NCBI GenBank assembly: GCA_031835245.2
Contig: JAVKOQ020000080.1
Span: 124,001 to 188,000, forward strand
Direction: 5' to 3'
Length of the DNA: 64,000 nucleotides
Source of the DNA: Balamuthia mandrillaris
Taxonomy: Eukaryota
In this document: in pieces, positions 12,101 through 25,136 of the stretch
How the letters are laid out: each line of letters opens with the position of its first letter
How positions within the stretch are numbered: the first letter of the stretch is position 1
Notes under the pieces: model-generated
Told to the model about the DNA's origin: nothing
Database searches by the model: none
Seen by the model: the letters and a program-made list of their open reading frames with translations, nothing else
Position numbers and translations under genes: made by a program

Positions 12101-15100
12101 AAAAGAAGGCAAAAAGCCAAAAGGAGGAGGCCATACCTTGTCTCTAAAGCGAGTTTACCAGTAACGACGAGCACGACGGCGGTATACATTAATACACCCA
12201 TGGAATAAAGGCCTTGCGATTGACCTACCCACGTCATTGCTCCTCCGTTTTCCCAATACATAACCACCGTTATAATAAATATTAGCTGCAAAGAAAGACG
12301 AGAAAGTTCATTAGACGGAAAGATGTAACCGAGGGTGTGAGTTCAGACGGTACCAAAGAATGATAAATAGAATTGATGAGCCATCCCAGAAATACTTTGA
12401 TATTAAACTGGTTAAATGGAACGTGTGAGTGTATCGCATAACAAAGAGGGTGATAACGAAAAATAGGGATTAGTAAAAGTACGTGAATGTTTCGTCTGCC
12501 CTCAGAATAAAGTTGTGGGAACTGCAACGCCATCCGCTCGTGAACGTCTTTATCAAAAAGTCCAATGATCAACACTGGCACAAAGGTGAATAAGATATTA
12601 TACATTGCCAGCGTCCATCGTTCATACAAGCTCTAAATTTTTCCAACGAAGAGAGAAAGAGAAAAGGGAGGGAGAAAGAGAAAAGGAAGAGAATTAGAAA
12701 ATACAAAAACAGCAAGAACATTAGGCAGAATGTACCTGGCCAGAGAAACCGTTTAAGGCATTAAACCAAAACTGAGTGATGTAAAGAACAATGTTTTTGT
12801 AGACGCTATAGAGAATGACCTTGCTAATGCGTTGATATGAAAACCGGCCATGAATCAACAACAGTCGCTCCAGATAAGAAAATTGAGCGATGGAGTAGTC
12901 ACTGCTGCGTGCTGCCTGTTGTCCTTCTTCTCCACTGATGCCGATTCCAACATCTGCTGCCTGTTGTTTCATAGTTAGTAAGATAAATACCACAAGGGAG
13001 AAGGAAGCAGGAAGATAGATATAGAACCTGAAGCATGCTTATATCATTGGCTCCGTCGCCAATGGCCAAAGATAGCGCCTTTGTGTGCTGCTTCATGAGA
13101 TTCACAACATCTGCCTTTTGAATAGGCGACACTCTGCAACAAATGACTGTCTCGCATTGCGTGGCCAATCTTAGGAACAAAATTTGGAGTTGTTGGTTGT
13201 CTGAAGACAAAACGTGGGTGAGCGTAGCTCCATCTACTACAAGACAAGCGGTAGACAAAACTAAGGTTGGTTTTTTTGTTCCAACTGTTGGTCCCAATAC
13301 TCCCTCCTTTTGTTACAATCCGTGGTACATTAGTTCTTTCAAAATAAGAGAAGAGGGCAGCGAGAAAAGAGGAGGTGGTAGAAGAGGATAAGAAGTGTGA
13401 AGAGTGAACTAAGAGGAATTAAAAAAAACCAAACCAGAAAAGCTAGGTATGAGGTAAGAGAAGAATGTGTGGCCGCAGGAGTGGTCTCGTTCAATGTAAA
13501 CAAGTAGCCATTAGCGGCAGAGGAGGAACGGGAATCTTCATCCTCTGAGTCCTCCATGAATGAAGGTGAAGGGGAGGAGATAGAATGAGCATTAACAGGA
13601 ATGGCCGAGTCCTTAATGAGGTTACAGGCATAGCCAATGTTGATTGCAGTTTCCTGTTTGTCTCCTGTCAACATCCTGTTGGCATGTTATCAGTATTAGG
13701 GTTTGAAAAAATGAAGGAGAAGAGAAAGGACAAGAAAAAAGCGCGTACCATATTTTTATACCGGCCTTTTTCAAGCGAGTAAGGGTACGAGGCACGTTGT
13801 CCTGCAGTCGATCCTCTATGCCGGTTGCGCCCAATAATACCATGTCTTTTTCAATGAGTTCAGCAGCGTTTGCTATCTGTTGTATTTTGTTGTTAAAACC
13901 CGGCAAAGAAAAAATGAAAATACTTAATAAAAATATAAAACGAATAAAATGCAAGCAAGAACATGAGCGCATAAGAAAGGAGAGTCCCCTAACCTCCTCT
14001 TCACGATCCACAAGACAAAGCGTGGCAGGGACATAATGTTGCTCATGCCATCGCGTATAGGTTTCCTCGTCCAAAGTGGCAGCAGCAACGCACAGCGTTC
14101 GTAATCCTTGCGAACCAAACTCTCGAAGATGTTGCATTGTTGCTCTACGATAGTCTTCAAGTTTCTGCTTTGTGTCACGAATTCGATCATCCTTGGCAGT
14201 AGTGAAGGAGAAGAGAGAATACTGTTCTTGTTGATGTGGAGACAGTCGTTGAAAGATCACGTCGTCAGCTCCTTTGCAGTAGAGCTTTATAGTGCCTGTT
14301 GGTTATAAGGTTAAAGCAAAATCGAGATACTGAAAAGAGCTGAAAATGAAAACATTTTTACCATTAGCATCGCGGCAAATGACTGACATCCGTTTGCGGT
14401 CGCTGTTGAACTCAAGTATGTTCAGGATTTCGAACTCGCACTCCCTTAGCCCAAAGAGAGAAGTTAAACGGAATTGATTGAGATTTAAAAAAAAAGAAAG
14501 AAAGAAATAACAAGAAAGAAAAACATACTTGCCCATAATGTTCACCACGATTGATGTAGGAGAACGGTACTATATATAACAGATAGGTGAGAAAGAGGGT
14601 GAGAGGGTGAGAGAAAAACGTACGTGAAAGAAAAATCCAACTTGTCTAGCTGCAGCAACAAGAGCTCCCTCATCAGGAGACGAAGCTTGATACTTAACCT
14701 CTGCGCAGAATCCCGATCAACAGACATGAAAAACAACAGTACAAGTAGAATAAAGGAGGAGAAGGAGAGAAGAAAGAGAGAAGAAGGGTGAATAAGCAGA
14801 CGCAAAAGCAGAAGAAAGAGAAGAAGAAGAAACAGACAAAAACAAGGAGAAAAAGAAGAAGAACTAAGTAGCAGAAAGAAGAAAGAAGAAAGGAATGTCT
14901 GGATATACCATTGGACATGGGATCTGGAAACTCTGGTATGACAGTGTGACATACCGAAAGTGCAGTAAAAAACTCGACAACTAGAGGATTGTTTTGTGAC
15001 AAGTGATGAATTATTTCGGTGTCCTCGAACGAACTGCTCGTTTCGTCTTTCTTCGAGTGCAAAACTTCAAGTCTAAAGTCATCACTTCTGCTGCTGTTGT

Positions 15101-16873
15101 GCTTGTTGCTGTTATTATTGTGGTAGTTGTTGTTTTCTCTAATTTTTGGCCCTCTTCTTCGATGAGACGAATAGTTGGTAAAACTGCTCCCAAGCAACGA
15201 AGTGGTTTCATCTTCATCCTCCTCCTCCTCCACACCATTGCCAAGATAGTCTAAGGTAATAGGTGAGGATGGAAACGAGATCGAAGAAGAAGGAGAAAAT
15301 GATGAAGATGAAAAAGAAGATGATAAACTGCTGCTGCTTGTATCTTCCTCTTCCAACGCAAAGTTGTGGTTCTCGTACTCTTGTCTTTGTTGGTGTTGTC
15401 TATAATCTTCTCCTGCTTCAGAGAGATTACCAAATGTTTTTCCTCCAATACAACACCGCTGGAAACGCATTTGGTTGCAAGTCAACGTGCCAGTCTTGTC
15501 CGTAAAAATGTAGTCTATCTGGCCCAATTCCTCGTTCAAGTTGGAGGTACGTGCTCGAGCGGGAGTGTCGCTGGCTTCGTGGTACATGGCGAGGTCGTTG
15601 TTGATGAAGTAGGCCTGACCAAACTTGACGGCCTCCATGCTAACGTAGAGGGAGATGGGGATGAGATTGTTGAGCAGAATGACAAAGGTGAGAAAGCCAA
15701 GGAGTCCGTTCTCAGCGGCATCGCTTTTTTGTTCTTGTAGGTACCAGTGCTTTGCTAGATCTTCCTGTTTATTTGTAGAAGCAATAGATAAATAGAAAGC
15801 AAAGAAACAACAAGAAAGCAAAGAAAGAACGAACGAACGAAAGAAACAAAAGGAAGACATGACAAGAAAACAGTGACGGACCGTCAAAAAACCACTTCCA
15901 AGAGCTCCTCCTATGCATAACAAAATTTGAAACGCGAAGATTACAAGAACCATTCGATTGGTCAACCGTTCCACTCGACTTCGCTTTCCTTGCAATTGAC
16001 TGAGTACCAGGAGGAAAGGTTGGCTAAATACCATTGATCCGAGATTCAAGACAAACATTTTACTTACATTGAGTTTTGTACGACTTTCGTGTCAGCGCCT
16101 GTGTATAAAACTAGCCCATAAGCTTTTTGCGTATTGCACAACTTGGCTGTATTTGAAGAGAAAAGCACATTAACACGAAAACATAACATAAACAAAACAC
16201 AAAAAGTGAGAGAGGGAGAGAGAGTAAGATTACGTGCCTCCACGAAGAAGAATTTGCGAAGAGGTGAGAGGGAAAGCCTCGGTGGAAGGGCCTGCTCTGC
16301 CATCATCAGCACTATAGTTGAGATAGCCCGTAAAACTGTAAATCTCCTTGTTTGGCGGTTCGCATTTGACAATACCTTATTCAAAAAGAGTGGAACAAAA
16401 AGCGTAAATACAAAATTTCGAAAATAAACATCTCTCCTCATTTCTTCTCGTTTTGTTGAAACTTGGCTTTTTGCTTACCTCGGAAAGAAAACAATGAGGA
16501 TGCATCTGCCAGCGTTGCAGTTATAGGGAGTGCTTGTCGGACCTTCAAATTGTTCTCCCTGTGTAAGCAATGCTTTTTGTGTTATTATTTAAACGTAACA
16601 AGAGGGAAAAAACGCGAAGAGGGCAGAGAAAGACTAACGCAATTGCTTACCCATCTAAACTTGATGTTTCGATGTAACAAGTTCCCTGTGGATCGCTTGA
16701 TGACAGCAAAAGAAGATCCGCTGGAAAGAATTCTCCTTCATAGACGCAAAGGATATCTCCCACTTTAACATCTCTCCAGCGTATCCGTTGCTCCACACCT
16801 TGTCGAAGAGCTGTTACTTTTCTGTTGTTTGTTTCATGATCTTGTCTGTGTCGTTTCTAGCACACGATGGAAT

Positions 16874-16909
<36 letters not shown>

Positions 16910-17437
16910 GTATAGTGAGCACGTCTTGTGCATGTTGCATCATTGAAGAAGCCATACGTACCAAATCCTCAAAAATTTCTTTCAAAGCAGTAATAGTGAG
17001 CACCACCAACAAAGGAACCAATGTTGTAAACCGGCCCGTGGGAGAAAGTCCTGGGATGACCTATTTAAGGCAGGAGTGTACACTGATTAGAATCATCTGT
17101 GCATTCATCCCGAGACGAGACGAGAGAAGCAGAGCACAAGAGAAGAAAACAAGAGAACCATAAGCAAAGAGAGAACGTACCTGAAGGCCAGCAATACAAA
17201 GAAAATAGAGGTTTGCTACTCCTGTCGGTGTGCACATTTGCAAGGGTTAGCAACACGCCAAAAAAAAAAACACACACACACACAAAACAAAAAAAAAAAG
17301 AAAGTGCGACGTGCTTTTGAATTGCTCCCATAAGTTCTGTTCGGTGACGAATGAGCAGAAAGAGTGAGAAGAGAGAAGCAGAGCAGCGGAGAGGTGAAGA
17401 GAAAGAAGGGAGGAATGGGAGACGAGAGGGAGGCAAG

Positions 17438-17468
<31 letters not shown>

Positions 17469-17555
17469 ACAAAAGAAAGCGGATAGAGAGAGAGAGAGGA
17501 AGAGAGAGAGGGAGAGGGAGAGAGAGGGAGAGGGAGAGGGAGAGGAGAGGAGAGG

Positions 17556-17586
<31 letters not shown>

Positions 17587-17960
17587 AGGAAGAGGAGAAG
17601 GGAGAGGAGAGAAAGAGGGAGAGGGAGACGAGAGGGAGGCAAGAGCGAGAGAGAGAGAGAGAGAGAGAGAGACAAAAAGGGAAAGCGGATAGAGAGAGAG
17701 AGAGAGAAGAGAGAGAGAAGAACAGACCTTGAAAAGAAAGGTGAAGACGGTATATTTGGCGGTGCTAACATAGTTGGTGGCAAAGGAGGGACCCTCCCTC
17801 TTCCTTTTCTTGCGCACAGGAGGAGGTTCATTGGCCTGAATGACGCGTTCCCTCTCCGGCAGCGTTGATATCCGTCTCTGCACACATTTTTGTTCTTAAC
17901 GGTTAAAATCAAAAATAAAAACAACGATCGCTTTACGCAACGGTACCCATGCAAATGGAA
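11395..17960 (-). CDS. P4-type phospholipid-transporting ATPase (flippase, ATP8A/Drs2-like), many exons
   Basis: [105 protein letters not shown], and a C-terminal YTGYSFAQE (GYAFS-like regulatory motif). Exact start and last exon are uncertain. Confidence 0.95.
11569..11641 (-). other. U12-type (minor spliceosome) GT-AG intron in the P4-ATPase
   Basis: Donor GTATCCTTT, branch site TTTTCCTTGAC, then GCGTGCTACAG. Splicing restores [14 protein letters not shown]. Confidence 0.85.
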
Positions 17961-18229
17961 GCTTCATCGCTCCACAACAAACCAAGGTAGGGAAAGGTCC
18001 CACACAAACAACACTCGTAGCACCGGTAACGAACACAAAAAAAGAAAGCGAAGGGACAAACTTTTCTTTCTTTTTCGTTTGTTTTTTTCGATCAACGGTA
18101 GATCACGTGTCGACATTTAACAGTTTATGTCGACATTTGACACTAAGTCGTGTCGACACGACAATTGCACGAGAGAGCAAGAGAGAGAAAGAGAAAGAGA
18201 GAGAGGGGAGGGAGGGAAAAACTGAGAGA

Positions 18230-18277
<48 letters not shown>

Positions 18278-18407
18278 GAATGATAACAGAACAGAGATAG
18301 GGGAGAGCAAGAGGAGAGGGGAAAAAAAAGGTTCGTTCCATTCAAAATGAAAAGAGAAAAACAAAAGTACAACGGAGAAAAGGGAAATGTAGTTTGGTTG
18401 GTTCCAT

Positions 18408-18585
18408 TTAGTGCTCATACATGAACAGCATGTCCACAAATTGGTGGTAGTTGATTTGGCCAGTGCTGCGAGGGTCGGCTTCGTAGATCATTTCGTCGAT
18501 CTGAACGAGAGAGAGAGAGAGAGAGAGAGAAAGAACAAGGTTAAACACCAAAGAAAGGAAAACGTACAAGTTGGAGTCAATCGAA

Positions 18586-18626
<41 letters not shown>

Positions 18627-19046
18627 AGAGAAGAGGAGAGGAGACGTGAAGAAAGAGATAGGTGATAGAAAACGAGAGAGAAAGAAGAGCCAATGGGATA
18701 AGAAAGAAGAGGAGAGCGATGAGAAAGCGGCATAGGGGGTAGCGTACCTCTGCGGGGGTCATGGGCTCGCCGAGTTCTTGAAGGATTTCCCGGAACTCAG
18801 CAACGCTCATGGAGCCTCGTCCTTTGGGAAGCAAAAAAAAAAAGGGTGACAAAGAAATCGCAAGTAAGCGATCAATTCAGAATAACCCAAACTAGAAATA
18901 CAAAAAAAATAAAAATAAAAACGGTAACGCGCACAACAAAAAAAAAACCACTAAAAAATGAAATACAAAAGAGAGAACCGATTACCCTCTTTGTCGAACA
19001 CTCTGAAAGATTCGATCACTTCCTCTTTGGTGTTGAGATGATTCAT
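18408..19046 (-). CDS. Single-lobe (two EF-hand) calmodulin-like myosin-I light chain, MlcC/MlcB-like, 3 exons, about 75 aa
   Basis: Spliced product MNHLNTKEEVIESFRVFDKEGRGSMSVAEFREILQELGEPMTPAEIDEMIYEADPRSTGQINYHQFVDMLFMYEH*, one calmodulin-like lobe only. Confidence 0.8.
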
Positions 19047-19488
19047 CGTTTTATTCGCTTCGCTTTCTCTCTCTGCGGAACCAAACAGAGAGAGAGAAAA
19101 ATAAAAATGAAATTGTCGACAATTATTCCGGAGTTGGATCATAATTACCAGTTCAATCTCGGAGTTCCTTTGTTCAGATTGTATAAATCAAATCCATTGG
19201 CAGAAAATCAAAAATAGGTTGATCGAATCGAGGGTTTTGATGCCATATGATTTTGTGCCGACCGAAAAAATTGCCTCTTTGCCCCAAATATTAAAACGAA
19301 AGAGAGCGAAGCGGCCAGCAAGAAAGCAGGGAACGCACTTACTCTCCTCAGCGAGTGAAACCCGCGCAAGAAGAAAAAAAAAATAATCTATCGAGTACCA
19401 CCGCTGTGAACTCGTGCTTTCCTCTTTGTGTCCGGAAACGGTTTTTTTTTTTGCGGTGCTAATCCGCGATTCTTTTGTGTGAAAAGAA

Positions 19489-20987
19489 ATGGTACGCTAC
19501 GCTTTTTATTTTTTTTTATTTTTAAAAAAATAATGTGTTGATTTTTTTTAAAAAAAACCAATGCAAAGGAACGCCCTCGCAAAGCAGAATGGGTGAACGT
19601 TATGAAGCAGGAGGGTCTTGACGACATGACCCTCCTTTCCAAGATCAACAACGACGAAATCGCCGCCAACTTGAAGCTGCGTTACGAGAAGGACATTATT
19701 TATGTACGTTTTGTATTTCTTCTCTTTGTTTTTTGGGTGTGTGTTTTCTTTTTGCTGATGAATGTTTTGGTTACAAAAACAATAGACAACCATCGGTCAA
19801 GTGTTGATCTCGGTGAATCCTTACAAGAGCCTCCCAATCTATTCGGACGGCGTGCTCAACGACTACATTGGCAAGAGTCGCCTCGAGTTGCCGCCTCACA
19901 TTTTCAGCATCGGTGAGGCAGCCTATCGCGCCATGAAAAACGACAAAGAAAACCAGTGTGTCATTATTAGGTACTTTCTTAATTTCTCCTCTCTCTCTCT
20001 CTCTCTCTCTCCTCCCTCCTCTCTCCTTTTCCTCCTTCTCTGGTTCAAACTGAAACCAACCATTATTGTAACAAATAAAGCGGAGAGTCTGGAGCTGGAA
20101 AGACGGAAGCTGCCAAGAAAATCATGTTGTATATTTCTCATGTCAGCAGCAACAAAGGAGATGTAGAAAAGGTCAAGAACATTATCATGGAGACTAATCC
20201 TCTGCTCGAAGCATTTGGTAACGCGAAAACACTTCGTAACGACAATTCCAGTCGCTTTGTTCGTATTTTTCCTTTGGCTTTTCTGTCTTTACTCGTTTGT
20301 TACAATATTGACATGAAAATCAACAGGGCAAATATTTCGAGATCCAGTTCAACAACGAGGGCGACCCTGTTGGTGGTATTATAACAAATTGTATCCTTTG
20401 TCATCCTCTTTCCACCTCTCGTTCTCGCTCTCTCTTCCTCCCTCCGTGTACAATATCATCTGTTTCTTTAACCATTAGAAAAGTCTTGCTTGAAAAGTCT
20501 CGTGTTGTGGATCAGCTGAAGGGGGAGCGCAACTTTCACATTTTTTACCAATTTTGCAAGGGAGCTACCGCCGAAATGCGCAGTGCGTTTTTCTTGTTTC
20601 TCTTCTTCGTCGTCCTCTCCTCCTCTCTCCCTCTCTTTTTACTGATAGTCTCCTTTCAACCAAGATGAATACGGCATACACAGCCCCGATGCCTTCCAAT
20701 ATCTCATGCAAGGCAACACAGTTGATGTGGCCACAATTGATGACATCCAGGAGTGGAATGATACCCTTGTACGCACTATTTATATCCTCTCCCACGCTTA
20801 GCTTTACTGATGCGCCTATTCTTCATCCCTCTCATATGAAGAACGCCATGAGGGTGTGTGGTATAACAGAGCAGGAAAAACGTGACTTGTTCAAAGCTCT
20901 TGCTGCCATTCTGTGGTTGGGCAACATCGACTTTCATGAACAAGGAGACAAATCTAGCCCAAAGGATCCTGATGGTAATTGATCCTT

Positions 20988-21028
<41 letters not shown>

Positions 21029-24000
21029 ATGGACATCATTAACCGTAACCTCTAATCGATAGTGTTGAACTTTGTGGCTTCTCTTTTGGGCGTGCCTCCT
21101 TCTTTCCTTTCGAATGCCCTCACCATTCGCCAAATGCAGACTCAGCACGGCAGAAAGGCAGGCACCAATTATGCTGTCCCTCTTAACCGAATGCAGGTAC
21201 GATTTCTCTTGTCATAAAAGAAAAGAGGAGACCAAAGCCCCAAGGGGGGAAAAAGCGTGATAAAACAAACAAAAAACATCACCAAAGCTCATTCCGTTTA
21301 TTTTATGGCTAGGCCTTGACTTCAAGGGACGCCGTAGCCAAGGCTCTGTATGATAGGATCTTTGACTGGCTGATCGCCAAGGTCAACAAAGCCCTTACCA
21401 CCGGCAACAGCGCCGTCTCCATCGGTGTGCTGGACATTTATGGCTTTGAGGTCTTCCAGAAGAACGGCTTCGAACAGTTTTGCATTAACTATGTCAACGA
21501 GAAGTTGCAACAAGTCTTTATTGAGCTGACCCTCAAGTTGGAACAGGAGGAGTATGTGGCGGAAGGCATTCAGTGGACTCCCATCAAGTTCTTCAACAAT
21601 AAGATTGTGTGCGACTTGATCGAAGAAAAGGTGCCATATCTTGCTATCATACATTCATCTGTTCTTGTCGCTAACATAGGAATCTCTCCCTCTCACATAG
21701 CGTCCTCCTGGAATCTTTTGTGTTCTGGACGATGTTTGCAAAACTGTCTCGAAAACGAATCCGGACAATGCCTTTGCGGAGAGGGTCAACTGTTGTAACG
21801 AAAACCCTCACTTTAAGCATCGTGGTAAAGCCTTCACCGTCAACCATTATGCCGGAGATGTGACCTACGAGATTTCCGGTATGGTCGACAAAAACAAAGA
21901 CACATTGTTCAAGGACTTGTTGGCCACCATCAAGTTGGCTGAGAACAAGTTCGTCAGTCAAGTTCTGTTTCCCGAGGAGGTGGATGAGGATGACAAGAAG
22001 ATGCCTACCACTGCCACGTTTAAGGTATATTCTTTCTTTTGTTCTTTCTCAACTTTTAGTTTTTTAATTTGTTAACACTTGTTACAGATCAAGAATCAAG
22101 CTGCCAAGTTGATCGACACCCTGATGAAATCGACGCCGCATTACGTTCGTTGCATCAAACCTAACGATGACAAGAAGGCCGACTATTACGTCAAAGAACG
22201 AGTCATGCATCAAATTGTGTATTTGGGTCTGTTGGACAACTTGAAAGTGCGTCGAGCGGGCTTTGCCTATCGCTCCGGCTTCAAGAAGTTCATGGATAGG
22301 TACTACCTCATCTCCAAGCAGTGTTCCTATGCTGCCAAGAGGACATGGAATGGCGATGACATCAGCGGCTGCAAAGCCATTTTGGCGGATAACTACATTG
22401 GAGCTGATCAATACCAGATTGGCAAGACCAAAATCTTTATTCGTCATCCTGAAACGGTTTGTTACTCTTCTCTCTCTCTCTCTCTCACTCGTTTAAAGCT
22501 TTAACGTATTTATCGTTTTTATGTCATTTTTGATTGTAGCTGTTCCATTTGGAAGACTTGAGGGAGAACTATTGGCATAACATTGTAGATCGTATTAAGA
22601 ATGCCTATTATACCTGGAAGAACTTCCACGGTGAGTGCGTCACCCGCATAAAGGTCGCCTTCAGGGTCTGGAAATCATACCGGTAAACATCTCTCTCTCT
22701 CTCTCTCTCTCAATATCGTTTTAACAAAAAAAAAAAAAAAAACAGGGCCGAAATGATAAGCATTATTCAGAAGGCATACCGCGAGTACAAAGATCTCAGC
22801 CCATTCTACGATAGGCGCATGGACAACGAACAGAAGTTCCACGGAAACAAACAAAGGAACCGGCTTAGTATGGCTAGCGTTCGCAAATTCTTTGGCGACT
22901 ACCTTGACATGCGAAACCAGTCTGTGTTGTTGCAGGCCATGGGTCCGGGCGCCAGCAACGAGACCGTTTTGTTCTCCTACAAGGCAAAAGTGGTGGTGCA
23001 TCCTGGCCTGCTCCGGGCCAACAAGCTCAGCCCTCGTTTCTTGATTGTCACGGAACAGGTTTGTTTATTTTCTTTTCCTCCTTTTTCCCTTTTCTTGAAA
23101 CTTGAAATTTTTTCTGACCACACTTTTTTTTTGCTTAGTACATTTATTTGATCATGTTGGTGCTGAAGAAGAAAGTGGCCACGCACGAGTTGGACAGAAA
23201 GATCCCTCTCAGCCAAGTGCAGGGCGTCAGCCTCAGCCCTCTCTTTGATAACTTTGTGATCGTGCACGTGCCCGAGGATCACGACTGCGTCATCGAGTGC
23301 GACCTCAAGACGGAGTTTGTAGCGTGGCTGCGCTCTAAGAGGCCCAATCTGCAGGTCAACTTTGCAGCGGAGATCGAGTACATGAAGAAGAAGGGCAGCA
23401 AGCAAAAGATCACCTTTGGACAAGAACTCGACGCCCAGAGAGTGAAGCTGAAGCTTGACAACACCGTCACCTCCTTCTACAAGAAGAACAAAGTTTTGAC
23501 CACTGCAGGCTTGCCTGCTTCAAGCAGTAAGGCTCTCTATGCTTTTTCTATTTCTATTTTAACTTACTAATTGTATCAAACAAAAAACAAAAAAACAGCT
23601 CCAAGAGAATTCATGAAAAAAGGTGATGGTTTGCCAGTACCTCAAAAGACGCCCCCACCCCAAGTTAGCACTCCCTCCCGCGGAGGGGGAATGGCCGGTG
23701 GCATGAGCCGTGGTGGTGGTCGTGGCGGCGGCGGTCGTGGTGCGGGTCCTTCCTCCGACTCTGGATCAGCACCTGCTGGTGGAAGAGGAGCTCCTATGGG
23801 TGGAGGCCCTGCTCCTGCGGGTCCTGGCCCGGCAGGAAGAGGAGGCCCTGGAGGCCCTGGAGGTCCTGGCCCTGCAGCCGGTCGAGGAGGTCCTGGAGGA
23901 CCTGGCCCTGCTGGACCGGGAAGGGGTGGCCCTGCCATGGGTGGACCCGGGAGAGGAGGTCCTGGAGGTCCTCCTGGCAGGGGAGGTGGCCCTGGCATGG

Positions 24001-24383
24001 GCGGTCCTGGTAGAGGAGGACCTGCCATGGGTGGACCCGGAAGAGGTGGCCCCGCCATGAGGGGAGGACCTGGTGGACCCCCTGGAAGAGGAGGACCTGG
24101 CATGGGTGGCGCCTCCATGCGTGGCGGACCAGCTGCCGGTGGAAGAGGAAGAGGAGGACCAGGCGCAGCTCCAGGCGGAGGAGCACCTCCTATGCAACAA
24201 GCGGGACCTCCCATTGTGGGCAAATGCCGTGCCTTGTACGATTATACGGCGCAGGAGGATGATGAGCTGACGCTGAAGGAAGGAGACGTAATCGACATCA
24301 TCCAAAAGAGCGGAGAGTGGTGGGAGGGCATGTTGGCCGGTAGAACCGGAGTCTTCCCTGCCAACTATGTTGAAGAGTGTTAG
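19489..24383 (+). CDS. Long-tailed class I myosin heavy chain (Dictyostelium MyoC-like)
   Basis: [12 protein letters not shown]-terminus, P-loop [61 protein letters not shown]-site Thr (AGTNY), three IQ-like motifs, TH1 domain, Gly/Pro/Arg-rich TH2 and C-terminal SH3 (ALYDY...WWEG...GVFPANYV). ATG micro-exon at 19489. Confidence 0.97.
20391..20483 (+). other. U12-type GT-AG intron in myosin-I
   Basis: Donor GTATCCTTT, branch site TTCTTTAAC about 12 nt before the AG at 20482-20483. Splicing gives ITN-F-LLEKSRV. Confidence 0.8.
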
Positions 24384-24505
24384 CAACACACCCAACTACT
24401 ACGATGCCCTTCGGCTGCACCATGAACAGTGAAAACAAAATGACTCTTCCAACTTATAAAAGCAAGTGTTTTGTATCTTTCTCTTTTTCAACTTTTAAAA
24501 GTTCT

Positions 24506-24549
<44 letters not shown>

Positions 24550-24744
24550 TTTGTTAGTTTACAGTGCTGCTCGTTTTGGGGAGGAGGAGCACGCGCTGCT
24601 GGGAGGTTACATAGGAGAGCAGCCGTCTTAGCGCAGCTTATTGGGTGGTTGCTGTAATTTGTTGTTTGAATGATTATTCTCCACTTTTCATTCCAGCTTC
24701 CCCTTTTTGTTTTTGCTTTTTCTTTCTTCTCACGAATAAACAGC

Positions 24745-25100
24745 ATGCTGGACGGGAACCATTATTTTTTCCTCTTGCTGTTGTTGGAGCTGCTGTTGCT
24801 GTCTCAAGCGGCTGCCCGAGTAGGTTTGTTTGCTTTTTTTTTTTTGGTGTTCTCTTATGCAAGCTTTCTGTTGTAAACAAGTTTTTTATTGAAACTAACA
24901 TAAAAAAAAACACCAAAAAGGTTTCTTTGACGCTGCAGGGAGCAACGTGGACCCAAACTGTCCTGAGAATGATCCTTGCAGCGACCTTGGGAGGAATCTG
25001 CGGGATAACGAGTTTGACGAATACGTGTTGGCCGCTGGTACTTACTATCTGAACGAGTCCGTTCCTTTTTCTCAGAGCGTTACGATAAGGTATTCCATTT

Positions 25101-25136
<36 letters not shown>

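Noticed and set aside
17418..17720. Short internal duplication within a P4-ATPase intron
   Set aside because: Consistent with local slippage in microsatellite DNA; no sign of function.
23680..24200. GC-rich imperfect tandem repeats with ORFs on both strands
   Set aside because: Explained by the Gly/Pro/Arg-rich TH2 tail of myosin-I; the antisense ORFs are shadows.
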